From: Octopus sinensis
Taxonomy: Eukaryota
Direction: 5' to 3'
DNA length: 64,000 bases
Assembly: GCF_006345805.1 (NCBI RefSeq)
Contig: NC_042997.1
Coordinates: 128,588,001-128,652,000, forward strand
Shown here: positions 25,590 to 38,651 of the stretch, one piece after another
Numbering within the stretch: position 1 is the stretch's first letter
How the letters are laid out: each line of letters begins with the position of its first letter
Translations under genes and position numbers: made by a program
The notes under the pieces: generated by a model
Seen by the model: only the letters and a program-made list of their open reading frames with translations
What the model was told of the DNA's origin: nothing
The model's database searches: none

Positions 25590-25925
25590 CTACAAACTAG
25601 TTAGATCCTTGTGAGTGGTGTTAAGTATGAACATCTATAGATTGAAGTCAGAATGAAAAAATGTGGATAGAAAGTGAATTCCAATGGGTTTCACAGTGGA
25701 ACAGGTGGCTGAAGAGTTTAGTGCAGGATCTCGAAAATTAAGTATTGTCAGGGTGACAGAAGAACAAAGGTGACTTAAGGATAAGGGCAACAGGAGGATA
25801 ACTAGATAGGTCAGGTGAAACTGAATAGAGCAAGTACGCAGTTAGCTAAATTCTATGGAGCAGATACCATTGTGGTTGAAATGGAAGAGGCAGAAAGGAG
25901 GAAACAGTACATCTGTGGCTTAAGT
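25590..25925 (-). mobile_element. L2/Crack-like (CR1 group) LINE C-terminal relic
   Basis: Minus-strand HRCTVSSF..LFHFNHNGICSIEFS resembles the HRRxVxSLxLFYRYxxGxCSxEL motif. Confidence 0.55.
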
Positions 25926-26899
25926 CTTTTGTTAATAGTATTTACTAATTAGTCAAATGGCCATCTTTTGGAATGCAGGCTTGAATGTTAATTATATATT
26001 ACATATTAACTGCACTTAATCTACCTTACTCTTTTGCTCCAATCTGTGATGGAGTGTAAAAGCTATGAGAATTACCTTCCACCTTTGACATTAGTTCACC
26101 ATATTTCATACCATCTTTGTATGATGAGTTCAACCTTATCTAAAACTAACTTCCTTCATTTCCAATGTTTTATTTGTGTTATTATCATAATTGTTTTCTC
26201 TGCTAAAATGTTTGCTGGACAATAAAAGACTATTATGCAATTTAATCTCCAAAATAATAGGTGATATTTCTATACTGATACTGCTTTCAATGTCCTTTCA
26301 TTATTTTTTTTTCTTTCATTTTGATATTGATATGGTGTTCTTTATATTCATTGGAAGTGAAGCTTATGTAATATCTTGATATCTTTCAACAGACCAAATA
26401 ATACAGATGAATGCTGTAAAGTTTACTATTCATGTTGTTGCATAGTTCTATTGTTGTTGTAGAGGAAATAGCCTGTTGTTTGAGTGTCACTGATAGTGTT
26501 TATCAGAGTAAATCTTGTTATCTTTTTCACCAAACTATAATGTATTCACTGCCCATGGCAAAATCGATAACTAAGAATAAATGCAGTGACATGCACTAAA
26601 TTACCAGGTGCATATACATTTTAATTAATATGCTCAATTGCAGTTCAAAGTATCTGATAGTTCCCTGTGCTTTTATTTTCGGCTACACTGATGTTATTAA
26701 AAAAAAAAAGAAGCTAGCGTACTTTCAGACATTCCTCCCATGTCTATGTTTTGGTTCAGTGGTAGTAAAGGTGGTGGTGGCAGTGGTGGTTGTGGTGGTG
26801 GGATGGATATTGTAGAGGCGGTTTTGGTATTGTTGGGGTGATTATATCATTTTAATTTGATGTTACGGCAGATTGAGACCAATATTAATAGTCATCTCA

Positions 26900-28096
26900 C
26901 AGACTCTGTGTGTATGTATGTGTATGCTCATATTGTTTTCTATATGTGTGTATATATATTCACATACTACTTCGTGTGTGTCTGTGTCATCTCACTGTGT
27001 GTATGTTTGTGCTCATACTGTTTTCTATATATGTATGTATTCATATTCTTCTCTATATGTGAAGATATATATATATGTGTGTGTGTTTTATTTGAATGCA
27101 TGCTTCATAGGTATACATCCAGATATTACTCTGGGTCTGTATGTGTTTGTAGTGTATATGTATTTCTGTATACATGTGTGCACATATGTGTGTGCATTGC
27201 ATACTAGATTTTGAGTGTGTGTGTTTGTGCATTCTCAAACTACTCAATACATATACATATTTGTGTAATTTTTCTCCTGTGCATTCATATGAAACATTCT
27301 ATATTTGTACTGTTGTGCATGCATTCACATGTGCTTTGTGTGTGAAATCAGTGTATGTATGTGTATGTGTCCATTTACATATTGCTGCATGTGTATGTAA
27401 TGGTATGTACTTTTACATACTGTTTCACATGTATTGTATGTCTATGTTTATGAGTTGGGAATTCATATACTGTTTTGTGTATTGTATGTGTGTGTATTCA
27501 GTCTGTATATGGGATATATGTATGTGAGTACATTTCCATAATGCAGTGTGTGAGTGTGTATTCACTTATGGCTTTGTATGTGTCTGTGTATGTGTACATA
27601 CACAATACTTTGTATGTGTGTGCATTTACATACTGCATTATATGCATTGTATGCACTCATTGTTCTGTAAATGTATATGTGTGTGTGCATTTGTAGAAGG
27701 ATATGCATGCATATATGTGTATGTGTATATATATATATATATACACACACACATATATATATTTGTATATGCCATACTTTGTTATTGTGTCATAATATAT
27801 GAGGGAGTGTATGTGAAATTGGTTTGAATGTAAAGAGCAGAATTTCTATTTTTCCTAAGCTGACTGCCCCATTAGAGGAAACTGCAATACATAGGGAATT
27901 AATTCTACTCACTTATCTCTGCTGCCTCACTTTCAGGGATGCTGTGTTATAGAAAACCTTTTGTTTGACAGCTGAGTTGCTTTTTAATTAGTCATATATA
28001 TATATGTATATATATGTGTGTGTGTGTGTGCATACACATACACACGCATAGAAGCATTCAAACATATACACAACACACACACATGTATGTATGAGT

Positions 28097-28127
<31 letters not shown>

Positions 28128-28189
28128 CATACATATATACATATATATATATACATACATAATGCATTATATATGTGTGTGTATGTGTG

Positions 28190-28230
<41 letters not shown>
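26900..28230. repeat. Long degenerate TG/TA low-complexity tract (similar tracts at 30830-31190 and 34470-34850)
   Basis: Seen directly; source of the Cys/Val/Tyr-rich ORFs. Confidence 0.85.
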
Positions 28231-29269
28231 TGCTATTAAATGTAATTAATATACAGACTTTTAAATATTTGAGCAGAAATCAAATAAGCGTTTCTTTCTC
28301 GAAGTGTGGCATGTATTTATCAGATAGTGAAGTTAACATGATATTGTAATTTATCCTGTTTTATATTTATATTTATATATCTTCTTAATTTTATATCTTT
28401 TATTGAATTTAATTTTAATTCCATTGAAGAAAATGAATGTTCCAACATTATCATTAACAATTGGCTTACACATATTCCAGTTTGGAAAAAAAAGATAATA
28501 ATAATAATAATTGTTTCGGGCTATATTCTATTATTTTGCTCTTATTAATAATTTACTTTATCACATTATAATTAAATGTGAGAATCCTGTTCTTTTTCCC
28601 CTTATTAAACAACATACCTGATAACTTTAATTATAAAGATGACTTTAATTATAAAGATTGTCAGTGGCTGCCAGTTTTTGCTTCCTTATGTGAAATGTTT
28701 AGTTGGTTTACTGATTGGCAAGATAAAGCTTTTCAGATTTACAAGTTCTAACACTGGATTGCTTAATCGTAGTCTCCAACGGAAATACTAGTTGTAATTC
28801 ATTGCATGGAAGCGTAATGAGCCATCAAATATGTTTGCCATCAACTTGGCACCATGCATGCTTGCTGATTAGATCTACATACAATCATTCCTCTAGTGTT
28901 CCTCCATCACAGAAGAATATTGCAACTTGTTTGCTAACAGACAGACTTTAATGAGCCTAAATAGCATTCTCTCTGAAAATACACTTTATCTTACTGCTGT
29001 AGTCAACATAGTGATGCATAATTATAGAGAAATGACCAAAGCATCAGAGTTCTGATTAGAATTATCTTCTATATTTTAAACCTATGGGCGATGTCCTTTT
29101 TGCTATCAAATCAGTACTTCACAATGCATTGGTGAATTACTACATTTTGTTTTAAATTTTAATTTTTCAGAATAAAAGCATAAAACATCATTGCTAGGAA
29201 GTGAATAATGTGAAAAGTAAATAAAAATTCACATTCACTCTATATACATGTAGCAAAGCTGCTGAGCTT

Positions 29270-30153
29270 ACTATGTTTTTCTGAATCCAGTGTTGTGCCT
29301 GTTTGGAGCTGTGGGATGGTGCTGAGTCCTGTTGAAAGCTCCAAGGTGCACCTTGAAAGTGCTCATCCATTCATGGAAGCAGTTCAGCTTCCTGAATGCC
29401 ACTATTGTGTTGCTGGGTGTTTATTTTAAAACCGAGAGCACAAAAATGAGTGGAAACCTTCCAGTGGCTGTCCAGCCACCCAAACCATAACTGACTGTTG
29501 ATTTTGATGTCAATTTATGACTCTACCCATGACAGATCTAGATACACTCCAAAGTCAATGGTTTACTGTCTGTTTGACGTCAAATTTCTTTTCATCAGTG
29601 AACACCAGGTCGGGCAGCATGCCTTCAGTAATCTGATGCAGGATAAGATGACTTCTCTCCAGTCTCATGGCCTTATAAAGTTGCGTGAGCTTATGATAGC
29701 AGATCATCTTCTAGTAGTAGGTCCTGAGATCCTCCTTCAGCACCTGCTACATCGATGTTTGGCTTATTTTTGCTGCGGCAGCTAGTTTTCTGACAGAACA
29801 ATGAGGATTTTGCCATATCTTTACTCAGGTGTTTTTGATGAGCTGAGGGGTCTCCACACTTCTTTTTCAGCTGCATCCAAGTCAATCAGCAGTGGAACCA
29901 GTCTCTTGAGATTTCTTGACAATTTTCCAGACTGTTGTTCAGTTAATTTTAAGCTTTTTTGCTATAGCTGTATTACTTTTGACGAGGTTTATGATTGTAT
30001 TTTGGTCTATAGCCATCATCTAATTTATAAATCTGAATTTATTTAAGCTGAAACAAAAAGAAAACACATTAAGTGTATAATTTTCATCTTATCACATTTA
30101 TTGATAGTTATTAAAGCCCAAAACTTCAGTTGCCTTAATTTTGAGATACCCTG
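29270..30153 (-). mobile_element. 3'-truncated Tc1/maT-like transposase pseudogene with one TIR
   Basis: Minus remnant IAKKLKIN*TTVWKIVKK...RKLAAAAKISQTSM...LVFTDEKKFDV...SVMVW...WSFQQDSAPSHSSK; multiple stops and frameshifts. TIR-like CAGGGTATCTCAAAATTAAGGCAAC at 30129-30153. Confidence 0.85.
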
Positions 30154-30659
30154 TGTGTGTATTAATTGGAAACAGATGAGGGTTGGCAAGAGGAAGGATA
30201 TTTGGCCAGAGAAAATCTGCATCACTAGATTCTGTCTGACCCATGCAAGCATAGAAAAGTGAATGTCAAAACGATGATGGTGATATACATGCTTACACAA
30301 ATACATGCATACACACACACACACAAACATATGCATACACATAAATACATGCACATATACATATATATGCACACTTGTGTGTAAGTTTATGATCCATGCA
30401 TGGTCACAATATATATATACATACATATAATGGCAGTGGTGATGGTAGAAGTGATCAAATATGATAGCATTAGGCAGGATGATAGAGATGGAGTCGATGA
30501 TGATGATGATAATGATTATGATAACAACAAGGACCATGACAATGATGACCTACCACAATGATGGTGAAGATGACAGGGCTTTAAGTGGAGCTTGTCATCA
30601 AATACAGTTATTGTCTCTTCAAAATATTAATGGTTTCCTGATTATAATAATCTCTTTGT

Positions 30660-30805
30660 CTTATAAATATCACCTCTTGTTTATACACTTCTCTCTCCTC
30701 CTCTCCTCTCACTTCCTTTCTCCTCTGCTCCCCTTCACTTCCTCTCTTCTCTCTCTTCTTTCCCCTCTCACCTCTTCTCCCTATCTCGTCTTCCCTCTCT
30801 TTAAG
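30660..30805. repeat. Polypyrimidine (CT-rich) low-complexity tract
   Basis: Seen directly. Confidence 0.85.
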
Positions 30806-31601
30806 TGTGTAAGTATCCAACTATGTGTGACTATGGATGCCTGTGTGTGTGTGTGTAGGTGTTCATATTGTTTGTATACATGGTTTTGTGCATGTATTAT
30901 GAATTGTTTGCTATATATACCCAATCGTTATCTGAGAGTATGTTTACATGCATATCTATATGTATATCTATGTATATGTTTGCTTGTGTATACATGTGTG
31001 TCTGTGTTTGTTGCCATGTATACCTATGTATTCTTCATTTCATATCCAACAATGTGCATGTATGTGTGTGCATCTATGATTGTGTCTTTGGTGTGTTCCA
31101 ATGTGTGTGTCAGCATGTGTGTGTTTCGATATGTAAATTTATGTGCCTATGTGATATTTCAGTGTAAATGTGTGAGTTTTCTCATAGGTGTCTAAATATT
31201 ATACGCTGATATATTTGGACTAGTGTTCTCATCTTGGTTGTTATTTTCACAATATTTCTGTTGTTGTATCCTTCAACCTTCTTCAGCTGTATCGTATCAA
31301 TAACATTCTCAAAATTTCAAATTAAATTTTTTATTAAATCAACTGTACCTTGTTGTCATTCTGTTGTCCATAGCACAGATATTCTCTTATTAGTTTGTCT
31401 AATACCTCTGATGCTGTTTGCTCATTCCACTTGAATCTGAGAGTATATTGACTGATCCAAGTTTTGAATTTAGTCCTACTAGCTATGCTATTACATTTAA
31501 CACTTAATCAATGTTTATATTCACAGTCTCACTGTCCTATGAGATAATTAGATAATATAAATTAGGAGATTTAAACCTAACTTCTTTTAATTATTTCATT
31601 A

Positions 31602-31960
31602 AGGTGTGAGGTAGCTACCTTGTGTAAGACAGCTACATTGTTGTGAGGTATCTCACCATAGAAAATCTGCCTCACCAAATTCAGTATGACATGTATAAGG
31701 CAATTACATAGTGTGAATAAGCTGCATGGTATGAAACAGTTACATGGTCTCAGGTAGCTACATGGTGTGAGGTAGTTATATGGTGTACATATCTACATGG
31801 TGTAGGCAGCTACATTGCGTGCAACAGTTATATGATGTGAGGTAACTAAATTGTGTATAGTGTAAGATAGCTTCATGGTATAAGGTAGTTAGATGGTGTG
31901 AGGCAGCTGCATGGTGTAAGACAACAACATTGCATTAGGTAGCTATGTGGTGTGAAGCAT
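31602..31960. repeat. 18-bp minisatellite, consensus ATGGTGTGAGGTAGCTAC, more than 15 degenerate copies
   Basis: Units counted by eye, e.g. ATGGTCTCAGGTAGCTAC / ATGGTGTGAGGTAGTTAT / ATGGTGTGAGGCAGCTGC. Confidence 0.85.
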
Positions 31961-32504
31961 TTACAAAGAAGAGAGAACCTAAAGCAACTTCATGGCTTAT
32001 TTTAAGCCCAGTTATGTATTCTACCTTTGTTAGACATCTAATGTATGCAAATAACATATATCGTTATTGGTTATTTTATTGCTATGTTATAGTCCATGGT
32101 AATATAAAATTTATTTCATCCTGCCATGGTGTATTTAATAATTTCTCTGTTTTTAATGCCCCGCTGAATGAAATGTTAGTGTTATTATTGCTAATCTAAT
32201 ATCATGAGTATAATATATCTGATACGTTCTTCTGGCACAAATATTTCGGTTACACACATAAAATCCTGTATAAATAACAGTGATTGCAGTTTTTCCCTGT
32301 CCTGCCATGAATAGATGTAGCCAGCAGTGATCTACAAGCTTTCATTGACAAAAGCCTCTCTCCAACAATGGGCAACTATTAGAAAGGAAATGTTACAACT
32401 GATCTTTAATCAAACTGAATTGTGTATGCAAATATCAGTTTCTTACAAGGTTCCCTTCTCCTAAAATAATATAAAACTGTGTATGGAGAGAGGGTGAGAA
32501 AGAA

Positions 32505-32505
32505 A

Positions 32506-32564
<59 letters not shown>

Positions 32565-32572
32565 GGGGGGGA
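32505..32572. repeat. (GT)n(GA)n compound microsatellite
   Basis: Seen directly. Confidence 0.95.
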
Positions 32573-32953
32573 GAGCAATATTATAAGGCTGATTTGAGGA
32601 AAGAAGAACGGAAAGAAAATATATATATTTTTATGAAAGTGTAGAAGATGTAATTATGATACAATATGTCAGAAAAGACTGTTTTGTGTTTTGGGTAGTT
32701 TTCTTTGTAAGAAATTTTCAAATAATAGCCTTTATATTTCTAGTAAAATATGATATTACCCTTAAGATTAATATTTGAAAATAATACACATATCTTATTT
32801 TTTCACTGCACAATTATTAAATTCTACTAAATTTTTGTGCATGTTTCTTAATATTTACTGAAAATAAATATTTTCCATACTTTTACTATTTTTTGCTCAA
32901 TAAATTTACACTTTAAAGTGTGTGTGTGTGTATTTATATATATATTTATTCAT

Positions 32954-32988
<35 letters not shown>

Positions 32989-33864
32989 TTCATCTTTGAA
33001 ATCTGTTTCTAAATTATATATTTCTACAATTTTGCTCAAAATGTCAATGGCGTATCTGCCATCCCTGTATCAGTTCCAGAAACCTCCCTAATAATCTAAA
33101 TAGTACAATACTTTCTCCTATCAACAAATTTCAACTAGAATATATGTATAAATTTTCTCATAATAAAAAAAAAATCTATCTACTTCTAAGCCAGCGTTGG
33201 ACAGGAAATTTTCTATTTATATTTTTTATTGTTGCCAAAATATAAATAACTAGATAAATAAAATGAATGGAAGAAAATATTTTCCATCAATAATTTTCCT
33301 GACTTTGTCATAACTTGCATCTCTGCCAAATGCATAGACTCTAAAATTAAAAAATAAAAAAATTCATTTGGCATACATCAAACATCCTTTGTCTCATCTA
33401 GGCAGCTGTACATTCTGGTTAGTGGCCAAATGCATAGCAGTCTTCTGGTTATTAGCAGGTCAATATCTTTCTATTTCAATTCTAGAATCAACATTTTTGC
33501 AAACATCCATCTGCTGTACATTATACTGTATGATTATTAAATATAAACTAATCTGTCCTTCTCCCAAACTCAGTCTCCTTTCACTGAATACAATCTTCAA
33601 CAAGCAGTCCTTGCTTTATTTTCAATATATAAAAGAGATTCTGTAGACAATCTTGTAACACTGACTTCTAATCACTCATTTCAAACATTCCTTATTTTCT
33701 AACTTTTAAAAATATATATTTTCCTTTCTATGTTTCATAAACTCTCAAATGACACTTCAGCATCAACAATTGCAGATATCCAGGAGATAACTCATTATTT
33801 TGGATAAAAAAGAAATGATAACAAGGAGAAAAACAGTTTTCTCTTGAGTTATCAGATAAAGATT

Positions 33865-34000
33865 GATAACTCTCATTAGACACTACCTAAGAATTGGTAA
33901 CTCTCATTAGACACACTAGCTAAATATTAGCAGCCCTCAAGAGACACACAAGCTTAAGATCTGTATCTCCCCATTAAGAAGCATGAGCTAAAGTTGGTAA
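33865..34000. repeat. Degenerate about 33-bp tandem repeat (TAACTCTCATTAGACAC...), about 4 copies
   Basis: First two cores are identical over 17 bp; later copies decayed. Confidence 0.6.
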
Positions 34001-35149
34001 ATATGCCAGAACTCTTCTCTGTAGAATACTAAAAGTGAAACATTGTTTGCATTATGATAAGGTTTTATTTAGTTTCTTATATTTACCAGGTTCTCTCAAG
34101 ACTAAAACCATTTTCTCAGCCCATTTTGTGAAATTACTGTTTATTTTACTTATGGACAAATACTGATTGTTAATAACTGTTCCTATAGAACTATGGATAG
34201 ACATAATGGATTTACAGAATTGTTAGAGCATTGGATACAATACCTGTAATATTTAGTGATAGATCTTTACATTCAGAGTTCAAATAGAAGAAGCAGAAGA
34301 CACTTCCATCTGCCTACTTGATACCAAGCCTCTCTATTGGCTATCAGTAACCATTTATGAATAAATTGTAACATAATGTTTAATTCTGACTGGAGCTATC
34401 CGAGCCTATCGGGTTTTCCTATAATCAAGCCTGCTATTTTTGACTGCTAAATAACAAGTGGCATATCACACAATATATGCACACACACATAATGGGAGTC
34501 AACATTCAATGATGCATAACGTACAGTAGCAAGTACCATAAATAGGGAGGTCTGCAATATGTTAGCATACAACACTGACACACAGTAAGACTCAGCATAT
34601 ACACAAGTACATAACGCCCACCCACACACATACACGCACTGGTACACAACATTCACATGTAAAAGAAACACATGGCACACAACAAACACACTCATAAACA
34701 CTGGTATACAACTCTCACATACATACATGCTTGATGCATAATACAAACATATGCACCCTGGTATGCAGCATATACACAAGCCCACACACTGACACACAAC
34801 ACCTAAAGCACATATCACAAAACACATACTATTATATCAAAGAAAACATATACAAGCCATTGAGAGAGCAAGAGAAAGAGATACTACAACGTCATTCAAT
34901 CAGCTAGAAATAGCCACTAAATCATTTTTGAATCACACTCTACCACTTAAAAAATGAAGGATAATGTACATTTTATTGAATAATGTAAACCAGAGTAAAA
35001 TAAAATGGGCTAGTCATGTCTAGCTTTGATCATAAGACTATTCAATGAGAACTGACCTGGGTTAAGCAACAACAGCAACAATTACAACACACAAAATATG
35101 TACTCATGTATATCAGCAAGAGCTGTACACATCAGTGGGAAAAAAAATC

Positions 35150-35330
35150 TAATAGACCAATGTTTTTTGTTTGTTTGTTTGTTTTTAACAAAAATGCCTT
35201 GTGGTATTTGTTACACCTGAGTTGCACAAACATTCCCTTGTCTCTCTCACCATTTGAAACGGAGCGAAACAGTGATTGGCCTGTTTAAAAAGAAAGCAAA
35301 CAAAAAAAAAAAAAGGCCTGTAACCAATGA
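35150..35330. promoter_or_regulatory. Cluster of three CCAAT-box matches (possible NF-Y promoter)
   Basis: GACCAATG (about 35156), TGATTGGCC (about 35273) and AACCAATGA (about 35321), in non-repeat sequence. Confidence 0.2.
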
Positions 35331-36038
35331 TGCTGTTTTTCACCAAAACAAAATACAAAATAAATAAACAAATAATTGTGGACACAGCTAGAATATTGAT
35401 TGGATAAATCTTTGATCAGTTGTCTCTTTATTATAGATCTTCTACTGAAATAGACCTGATTGGGATTACTCAACCACAACTACACAAAGCTAGACGGTTG
35501 TTATTGTTGTTGTTACTGTTTTATCATCATCATCATCATTATCATCATTATTCCGATTGTTGTTATTTAGCCACCAGGTCAGCCCTGATCAAGCAGACCT
35601 ATGATCAAAGGGGTTCCAACAGTGAAACACAGGTAGACAGTTTTTGAGACAGAGACAGACATTTGTAAACTGGTAGACGAGACTGGCAGGGTGGAAGGCA
35701 CTATGTGAAGTATTGTGAAATTAACATATACGCTATATAATGTGGTGTGTGTATGTAATGTGATGAGGCTTTGTTTTGCAATCTCTATATACGTGTTGTG
35801 TAATGTTTATTGTGTGGGTGTGCATTATATAATATATGCATATGTATAATATTTGTGCATATATGTGTGGGTGTTATATATATATATATATATATATATT
35901 ACATGGGTTTGTATTTTACAATTTATGTGTAATAATGTGTGTGCATTGTAGGAGTTCTGTGTGTGTGTTGTGTATATAGTGTGTGTGTGTATTTGTGTGA
36001 TATTTCAATATTACGCTGAGCAATGTTTTCGTATAAAG

Positions 36039-36195
36039 CTCCTGTTTCAAACCTCATCTATCAACAGTGGCAGTTTCTGGTCTTTATGCATCAGTTTCTG
36101 GTCTTCGAGGATCTACTGTACAGTTCTTACCTGAACAGATCAGATGTCTTGCTTTGGTTTCTTCTCTTACTAAGAAATTTGCCAAAATTCTTATG
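36039..36195 (+). other. Candidate exon; splice signals on both strands (plus 36039-36195; minus 36131-36189)
   Basis: Plus: gttttcgtataaag|...CTTATG|gtaaaa with two open frames. Minus: ttttaccataag|...TTCAG|gtaaga. Unique, more GC-balanced sequence. Confidence 0.2.
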
Positions 36196-36224
36196 GTAAA
36201 ACATAGTAAATAACAGATATGTAT

Positions 36225-36270
<46 letters not shown>

Positions 36271-36750
36271 TGTGTGGAACCATATGCAATAGAATAAAAC
36301 ATCAGCTTCCCACATATAAATATATATACTGCTCTTCTCTTTCCTCCTGGTATTAAGGAAACCAGGAAACTAACAATTTGAAAAACCTCATAGAAATTAT
36401 AAACTGCAATATATGTGTGTTGTGTATATATATATATATATTAGCTGTATAGTGAGGAATAGGCTGTAACTTGTCAACAGTCAATTGAAATAGAGCATAT
36501 TTATCACTTTATACCAATTTTTCTCTTTATTCAATCCAGTTGCATTGTTCCAAACCAACCCAAAGGAAAAGGAAAGAAATCTTCTTTAGAATTTACTTTG
36601 CAGAAAATTTAATTTCTCCATCTTTGCTTTCCCTAAAGAATGACATAAAAATAAATTTGCGAGAAGAAAAACTATAAGAAAGAAATTTTAATATTTTATA
36701 TAAAATGTCTAATATATATGTGTGTATGTATATATATGTGTGTGTGTGTG

Positions 36751-36805
<55 letters not shown>

Positions 36806-36887
36806 ACATATATGCACATAGGTATCCATATATGTGTTTGAAAGTTAATGTACTTATAGTTGTACACATTTACTCACCATGGTGACA

Positions 36888-36930
36888 AATTCAGATGTGT
36901 TTCACTCTTATTTGTCCTCATCAGCAAATC
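36888..36930 (-). ncRNA. Decayed minimal type I hammerhead ribozyme-like motif
   Basis: Minus strand GATTTG-CTGATGA-GGACAAATAAGAGT-GAAA-CACA-TC-TGAATT. Intact CUGAUGA and GAAA core in the correct order, stem I pairs with G-U wobbles, stem II poorly paired. Confidence 0.45.
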
Positions 36931-37139
36931 ATAGTCTCAACATTACTGCAAGATCTTAGAATGTCCTGATAGATAGAGATATATATGTATATGTGTGTGA
37001 GTGTGTGCTTGCATGTGTGTACAGCCAGCATTTTAGCTGCCCATGACAGAGTTGCAGTGCAGTCCAAAGTCTGGTAAAATAGGTAGAGTTAGAACATACA
37101 TCATCGATGGCTGTGATGGTGGATAATGACTGCAGCAGT

Positions 37140-37675
37140 CTGCTACTTCTGTTTGTCATGGACTTTTTTGCTATTGAACCAAGGTATTGTACTGTCAAGA
37201 TCATGTGAAAGCTATTCCATGTTTCCATGCCCAAAATTTCCTCTCTAATCCCATTATAGATTCGGTTATGAGAACTAGATCATTGGCATATAAAATTCCC
37301 ATGACAGCCAGTCTTAAACTCCTCTACCATGGCCTGTAGAATGAATTAGGCAGGAACTGAGGACTAAACCTTGATGGACTCCAACCCTTCATCACTGGAA
37401 TCATTGTTTACCCTCAATTTTCTTACTGCATCTTCGCACATGGTTTGTACAGCTCTCACAAGCCATTTATCAAAGCCTAATTTCCTTAGGGACCACTAAA
37501 TTACTGTATGTGATATCCTGTCAAAAGCATTCTCCAAATCAATGAATGTCAGGAATAACGGTTTACTCTTAGTCAAGTATTTTTCTTGCAGTTGTCTCAG
37601 TACAAAGATTGCATTCATGATACACCTCTTCTAGATACACAACCAAACAGCATCTCATCTAGATCTACTTTGTCA
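37140..37675 (-). mobile_element. RTE-clade LINE reverse transcriptase fragment (pseudogene)
   Basis: Minus remnant AIFVLRQLQEKYLTKSKPLFLTFIDLENAFDRI...GVHQGLVLS...LYANDLVLI shows the RT motifs FIDLxKAFD, GVxQGxxLS and YADD (decayed to YAND). Confidence 0.9.
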
Positions 37676-38130
37676 CAAATCAGTTGTGCTACCTATTTAC
37701 ATATGCATGTATGTATGTGTGTGTTATAAGTAATTACCACTAATAGAAATAAAACACTCATTTCAGTTGTAGAGTGGAATATACATAATATGATATAGTG
37801 CATTAATAATACATTGTAATTTCAAGTTTTGTACCTGATTAATTTTAAGGAATCATCAGATGACAAAATTCAACCAGACACTAAAATATGTATGACTTAT
37901 ATGTTGTTAGTATGTGGAATTTCTGATATTCCAGTGATATTGTATTTGAATGCAATACTGTAAACTCCACCCACTAACAACATATATGTGAAGAGTATAT
38001 TAGTAATTGATTAAATTTTGTTATCTGAAATTTGCTTCTCATTAGCCAGGTATGAAACTTGAAGTTGAGATATATTTTCACGAACTAACTATATCATATT
38101 GTTATATAATTGTTATTATTATTACTATTA

Positions 38131-38336
38131 AGGCAGAGAGCTGGCAGAATCATTGGATGAAATGCTTAGCAGCATTTCCCCCATCACTGCATTCTGAGTT
38201 CAAGTTCCACCAAGGTCAACTTTGCCTTACATCCTTTTGGGGTTGATAAATTAAGTACCAGTGAAACACTTGTGTCATTGTAATTGACTAGTCCCCTCCC
38301 CCAAAATTTCAGGCCTTGTACCTTTAGTAGAAAGAA

Positions 38337-38367
<31 letters not shown>

Positions 38368-38581
38368 TAAGGCAGAGAACTGGCAGAATCATTAGCATGT
38401 TGGATGAAATGCTTAGCGACATTTCACCTGTCACTGCATTCTGAGTTCAAATTCCACTGAGATCAACTTTGCCTTTCATCCTTTCGGGGTTGATAAATTA
38501 ATACCAAGGAAACACTGGGGTTGATGTAATTGACTAGTCCCCTCCCCACAAATTTCAAGCCTTGTGCCTTCAGTAGAAAGG

Positions 38582-38651
<70 letters not shown>

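Noticed and set aside
10088-27946. Additional minus-strand mini-exons (about 10285-10307, 26070-26133, 27918-27946) chained into one gene
   Set aside because: They can be joined in phase in several incompatible ways and give no recognisable protein; pseudo-splice sites are abundant in this DNA.
30461-31195. Longest ORF (244 aa) as a membrane protein gene
   Set aside because: It is a concatenation of (ATG)n, (CT)n and (TG)n low-complexity tracts. The same applies to most ORFs in the track.
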